A stretch of 64,000 nt of DNA. It comes from Octopus vulgaris. Lineage: Eukaryota. The DNA lies in assembly GCA_951406725.2 (NCBI GenBank), contig OX597819.1, forward strand, positions 42,408,001 through 42,472,000, written 5' to 3'. Position numbers and translations under genes: made by a program. This document shows, piece by piece, positions 58,468-64,000 of the stretch. Each line of letters opens with the position of its first letter. Positions within the stretch are counted from its first letter, which is position 1. The notes beneath the pieces are model-generated. The model did not search any database. It was not told the origin of the DNA and worked only from the letters and a program-made list of their open reading frames with translations.

Positions 58468-58570
58468 TATGCATATGTGGGCACAGGACGTCATGAAACG
58501 TGTACAACAAAACAACTATGGAATATGAACTATTTTTTCGAACAACGGAAAGCAAAAATGAGAAACAAAA

Positions 58571-58663
58571 GGGTTAGGGTTAGGGGTTAGGGTTAGGGTG
58601 AGGGTGAGGGTTAGGGCTAGGGGTTAGGGTTAGGGTTAGGTTTAGGGTTAGGGTTAGGGTTAG

Positions 58664-58700
<37 letters not shown>

Positions 58701-58936
58701 AGAGTTAGGGCTAGGGTTAGGGTTAGGGGTTGGGGTTAGGATTAGGGTTAGGTTAGGGTTAGGGTTAGGGTTAGGGTTAGGGGTTAGGGTTAGGGGTAAG
58801 GGTTAGGGGTTAGGGTTAGGGTCAGGGTTAGGGTTAGGGTTAGGGGTTAGGGTTAGGGTTAGGGTTAGGGTTAGGGGTTAGGGTTAGGGGTTAGGGTTAG
58901 GGGTTAGGGTTAGGGTTAGGGTTAGGGTTAGGGTTT
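58571..58936 (+). repeat. interstitial telomeric repeat (TTAGGG)n, ~60 units with variants
   Basis: Direct reading; variants TTAGGGG, TGAGGG, CTAGGG, TCAGGG. Confidence 0.95.
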
Positions 58937-58949
58937 AATAGGGTTTAAT

Positions 58950-59195
58950 ATTCTCCCAAAGAGTCTGAGAAACTTGCACAAAGTAGATGTAGCGGTTTTT
59001 AAATCAAACCTGGGCATCTTCCTGTCAAGAGTCCCAGATGAACCTACCTCACGGCAAGAGGTGCAAATGAGGGTAGCTATATCAAACTCCATTCTTCACC
59101 GAGTGACACATATTAGAGGAGGCTCTTATTAATAACAGTGTAGCACAAAATGGCGGTGCATCAGCATGGCCGCAGCTCTGAGCTGAAATAAGAAA
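58950..59195 (+). mobile_element. CR1/L2-group LINE extreme 3' end
   Basis: FKSNLGIFLSRVPDEP C-terminal motif followed by tail ggcggtgcatcagcatggccgcagc..ctgaaa. Confidence 0.65.
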
Positions 59196-59244
59196 AACAA
59201 AAAACCAAAAACGATATATATATATGTATGTATGTATGTGTGTG

Positions 59245-59450
59245 TATATGTTTGTGTGTCTGTGCTTGTCCCCCCAACATCGCTTGACAACCGATGCTGG
59301 TGTGTTTACGTCCCTGGAACTTAGCGGTTCGGCACAAGAGACTGATAGAATAAGTACTAGGCTTACAAAGAATAAGTCCTGGGATCGATTTGCTTGATTA
59401 AAGGCGGTGCTCCAGCATGGCTGCAGTCAAATGACTGAAACAAGTGAAGA
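59245..59450 (+). mobile_element. SINE family B 3' half
   Basis: cccccaacatcgcttgacaaccgatgc...ggcggtgctccagcatggctgcagtcaaatgactgaaac. Confidence 0.8.
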
Positions 59451-60544
59451 GAGAGAGAGAGAGATTCATACTCTCATGCCTAGAAGCAGGCTGTTCACAT
59501 GCTAGAAATAACAGCCAAATCTCACAAAACTGCATTAACATAATGTAATTAATCTACTCACCTTTCTGCAAAGGTTTCTTTCAGAGTCATTTCTTGTAGT
59601 AATATGACAAAGTAATTCATGTGAAATTAAAGTGGGTATTTTTTTTTTACTTTTTCCAATTCCTTTTTTTCCATCAATTTACATGGGAAAATACGGAGAT
59701 TAAGAATATGTATAAAAAAAAAAAAAAAAGCACAAATTTAAATCTAATTTTTTCAGAATTGTAATCTTCATATTTTTCTATGTGTTTTGAAAAAAAAATA
59801 TATTTCCGGCAAAAGTGAAAAATGAAGGGGAAGGGTATGGGGGGTAATAGATAGAAAGATAGTGAAACAGGTAGATAGAGAGATAGGCAAACAGATAGAT
59901 AGATAGATGAGGAGAGAGAAGATGAAACGGTTAACAAATAGGTAAGGAGGTAGGTAGTTAGAAGGACAAAGAGATAGGTAGATAGACACATACTTTGCTG
60001 GCAAAATTATGGGGAGATAGAAATCCAGAGAAACACATAGAAAGGGAGAGAGAGAGAGAAAGAGATAGATAGATAGAGAAATACATAGATGGATATGTAT
60101 TTGAGATTATGGATAATTATATATATATATATATAACAATTACCAAATAGCTAGTTTATGAGACAGATTGATTAATATAGAGATAGACAGTGAACCAGAA
60201 AAACAGATAAATGGAAAGAAAGGTAGGCAGAATGATAGACAGACAGAGATGAAGGGAAACAGAGATAGAAGACAGACAGACTCTTTTAAGAGATAGGCAG
60301 ACAAACATAAAAAAGATAAATGCATAGGTAGATGATTAGGGATAGAGATGAGGACAGGAATTCCGAAATACCCAGATAAAGAAACAGCATGATAACCTGA
60401 TATCTCAACAGTTAGATGGACAAATAATTAGATTGATTGACTGATAAATAGATAGACAGAAAAAAGATAGATAGATAGATAGAGAATGATCAATATATAT
60501 ATATAGGTAGATAGGTCGATTAGTAGCAAGATATATAGATAAAC

Positions 60545-60616
<72 letters not shown>

Positions 60617-61199
60617 GGCCAGAGAGAGAGAGAGACATACAGAGATATATAGAGAGGAGCAGATAGGAAAACAGGCAAATGATTAGATAGATAAATAGAT
60701 AGTGCCAGGAGGATAGGAATAGAGATAAGGAGAACAGTAGATATACATACTACCAAATATTTAGAACTGGAAATAAAATGATTTCCAGATAGATAGACTG
60801 ATAGATAGCACAGAACTGTAAGTTGAATTCTCCTTTCCATTTCTCTCTTACCCTTCTTTATGTATTGTTCTTATTGTTTCTCATTCCTGTTTGTTATTTT
60901 GTACACAAATATTTTGACTGATTCTTCTATTGTTCATTGTATTATTTCTGCTACTCATCACTCATCTTGTCCATTTTATGTTTCTCACCTGTACTGCTCT
61001 TTGTAACGAAATAGCAAACTGAGCTGTTTTCTTACTGTCTATCTGTACAGTAATAAAAATATTTTAAAGGTGGCAACTTTCGAGTCTAATGTTCACAATT
61101 TTGAGAATTCTTCTTTTAATGTCAATTAGAATTTTATTTGTAGTTCTGCCATCCTTTCACCTGCACTCCATCTTTAAAACTCGATTATATCAGGGACAT

Positions 61200-61690
61200 A
61201 TTGATATCCATCGAGAAAAGGAAGCAGTCTTGTTAACTTTCTTGTGATTGCCCTGCACGTCTTGTGTGTCCATAGCTTCTACTGGGTATACCTTAAGGAA
61301 TTCTTGTCTACACTGTTTGCACATGGTGTTTTACTTTGGTCATTGCTAAGTGAACTTGAAGGCTCTTCAATTCCATGTTTTGCTTCCACACTTGGAATTT
61401 CTTTTGCACTGTGTTATAGATTCCACTACTGGAGTGAGACCATCAGCATATAGTAGCTCTTAGGGCAGGCAGTTTTGAAGTCCTCTGTTATGGCCTGCAG
61501 AATGATGATGAATGAGATGAGACTGAGAGCTAAGCCCTGATGAATACCTACCTGTACACTAAATTTGTCATTGTACTCATGGTGAAATGTCTTGTTACTG
61601 ATAGTACCCTTGTACATAGCCCGTGCAGATTTCAAAAACTATTTGTCTATATTTAGCTTCCTCAAAAACCACCATATCTCTGAGTATGGT
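61200..61690 (-). pseudogene. RTE-clade LINE reverse-transcriptase fragment
   Basis: FSVQVGIHQGLALS...IILQAITEDFKTACP then tatgctgatg (YAD). Confidence 0.8.
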
Positions 61691-63699
61691 CTGTAGTATC
61701 ACTATCATCATTTAACGTCTGCTTTCCATGCTGGAAAGGGTTAGACTGTTTGACAGGAGCTGCAAATTCAGAACACTGTGCTAAGCTCTATTGTCTGCCT
61801 TGGCATGCTTTCTACCATTCCTGATTCCAATCACTTTATAGTGTGTACCCTATTGAGTGCTTTGCATGTGGCACCAGCAATGAGGTTACAAAGAAATTTG
61901 TAAGACAAGAACCTTCATCTGAGTGGGGAGTAACACTGAGGGAAGTGGGTTTCTGCCAAGTGATGAGGAATTAAAACTGTGGTCTTCAAATGAGGTCTAT
62001 ATGACGTTTGTGGTTGTATAAAAGGGTTTGTTGTTGAAAATCATGTGAATAAAAGTGATTATACTTCTATGAAACAAACTATTTCAGCACCTCTTTTTAC
62101 AATTACTAATAAATTCAATTATAAAAATATAATAATGATTTTTTAAAACACTGATTGGCCATGAGAGCCCTCCTGAGTAAAACAGGGATTAAGGTGGTTC
62201 ATAGGTGAGACATGGTTGAGTAGCACTGGGTTAGATTATGAATAGAGGGATAGACATAGGTGATATAGTGATTTCATGCAGGCATGGCATGAATTTGATT
62301 GTTGATCGCCAAATTTCACTTAACAGTTCAACAGCACTTTTCTCACGCTAAAACAATAGTTTTTTTCTGTGAGTGACAGTAGTTACATTTACCAGAGTCC
62401 TTATATAAGCAGAATAATGTCTTTTTCACTTGACCCTCCTGCCCTCTTCTCAGCCACCAAAAGTTAGAATTGAGATAACAGGTACCACCAACGAAATCTA
62501 TTGTTCTCAAGAGAGAGATACATGTGCTTGCTTATCCACACACACACAAGCACACATAATTTCTGTTTGGAATCATTGAACATAAACTGATGACTATTGA
62601 CCTTTCAATAAGGGCTTGAATGGATTGAGAGGCATATGATAAACTGGAGAAGGAAGCAAGGAGTTAAACTCTGCCTTATTAGTTGCTCATTGGTGAAATA
62701 GCATAAAAAATATTGGTTATGGTTAAGATTTCTTAATTAATGAAATTTTTCATATAGAAAGCCAATTTGTCAATATCAGTTTCTATATTACTGTATGCAT
62801 CTTTAGTGAAATGATGATGAAATCTCCTACAATATGACTATGTGAATTGCTGAAATTATGATATATTGTAAATTTCACGAATATTTGAATGACAGGAAAG
62901 CTATCCTGTTTCATAACATGCAGATTATTTTTCCAAAAACATTTGATTAATTGGTTGTGTTTGTTTGTAAAACAGGGGAATGCCTCAAATTTTAGAGGAA
63001 GTGGTTAATTGATTAAATTGATCTTATTACTTGGCCGGCACTTTTTATCAACCATGAAAGGAAGAGAAACAAAGTTAGCCTCAACAGGATTTGAAACTAG
63101 AATATAAAGAGATGGTGGAAATATTGGAAAGTATTTTTCCAACACTCTAACAATGTGCCTCTCTACCATCTTAAGTTTAATAGAATGAAATCTGTGAATG
63201 AATTTTGATGAATTTCTTGTGTAGTTTTAATGAAATTGGTCTTACATTGCCTGCATTTATATCTTTCCTGAGTCATGTAAAAGTTTCCATTTGCATAATA
63301 CTTGGCTGTAATATAAATGGTTCACAGAAAGAATTGCTACTTGTTACTTCAAATAAAGAGTAGTGAACTGATATTAAAACCAAAATTTTCCTTTTGCTAC
63401 TATTAGGATATTTATAATTTTTACTTTCAGGGTTAAAAAATGAATGGTTATACTTATGGGTTTACATGTGGACTTTTGTTTATTTTATATCCTTCTATAT
63501 GTTGGATATACAAATTTCACGAAGCGGGGATAGACGCAACTGTCTTCAGACAATCTACTTCAGATTACTCCACTAAACACAATATTCCAATAAATATAAA
63601 CTCTGAACATCGAGATCTCCCAGGAAAAAAAATTTGCTTTTATTTTGATGCAACAGGCCCCCAATATTTAGTAAAAGTATTGGGGTGACAACTGTGCAG

Positions 63700-64000
63700 G
63701 CTTTAGGGGAGGCCATCCCATGTCTGTTGACTGTGGCGGTCTTGCATAGTGGTGGGCAAGGTTACTTCTTTGTGCCTGGCGCAGCCAGGTTAGCTGCTGG
63801 ACAATCCTTTGCACTATGCACAAAAAAGACTCTTGCTCAGCTGCTGCATTGCGCAGAACATCTGAGGAGCACACTTCTTTTCTGAATGTTTTCCTGGGAG
63901 ACATTTCTTGCCTTAGTAAAGTTCTTCTCTTTAAGGCCCCTGTAGTTCTGGTGGGGTGTCGGGTGGACAAACCAGCAGTTTTTGCCGTTCTCCCCATGCC
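63700..64000 (-). pseudogene. possible LINE ORF1 remnant (CCCH-type fingers)
   Basis: One minus frame reads HGENGKNCWFVHP, like C-x-HG..G..C.F.HP fingers of some LINE ORF1s; frames are broken. Confidence 0.35.

Noticed and set aside
63440-63710. Selenocysteine readthrough of the TGA ending the 82-aa ORF
   Set aside because: An in-frame TAG follows after five codons and no SECIS is evident.

Overview
AT-rich, microsatellite-dense animal genomic DNA made almost entirely of transposable-element debris; no host protein-coding gene can be called with confidence. The SINE repertoire and (TTAGGG)n tract suggest a mollusc, probably an octopus (inference from recalled repeat consensi, not a search). 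Contents: three near-identical full-length DD34D mariner copies, other Tc1/mariner/pogo elements, a 3.1 kb non-autonomous hAT carrying a 52-bp satellite, a MULE-like MITE, two non-autonomous Helitrons, RTE/CR1/Tx1 LINE fragments, Penelope-like (PLE) remnants, many tRNA-derived SINEs and an interstitial telomeric array. The main signal read by eye is a set of at least seven unrelated hammerhead-ribozyme (HHR) motifs of the Penelope dimeric type. Several sit in fold-back (inverted pLTR) elements, one has a compensatory G3:C8 core, several have long stem II, and one lies in a TSD-flanked unit joining a tRNA-like Pol III head to a downstream ribozyme (a candidate ribozyme-terminated, PLE-mobilised SINE).
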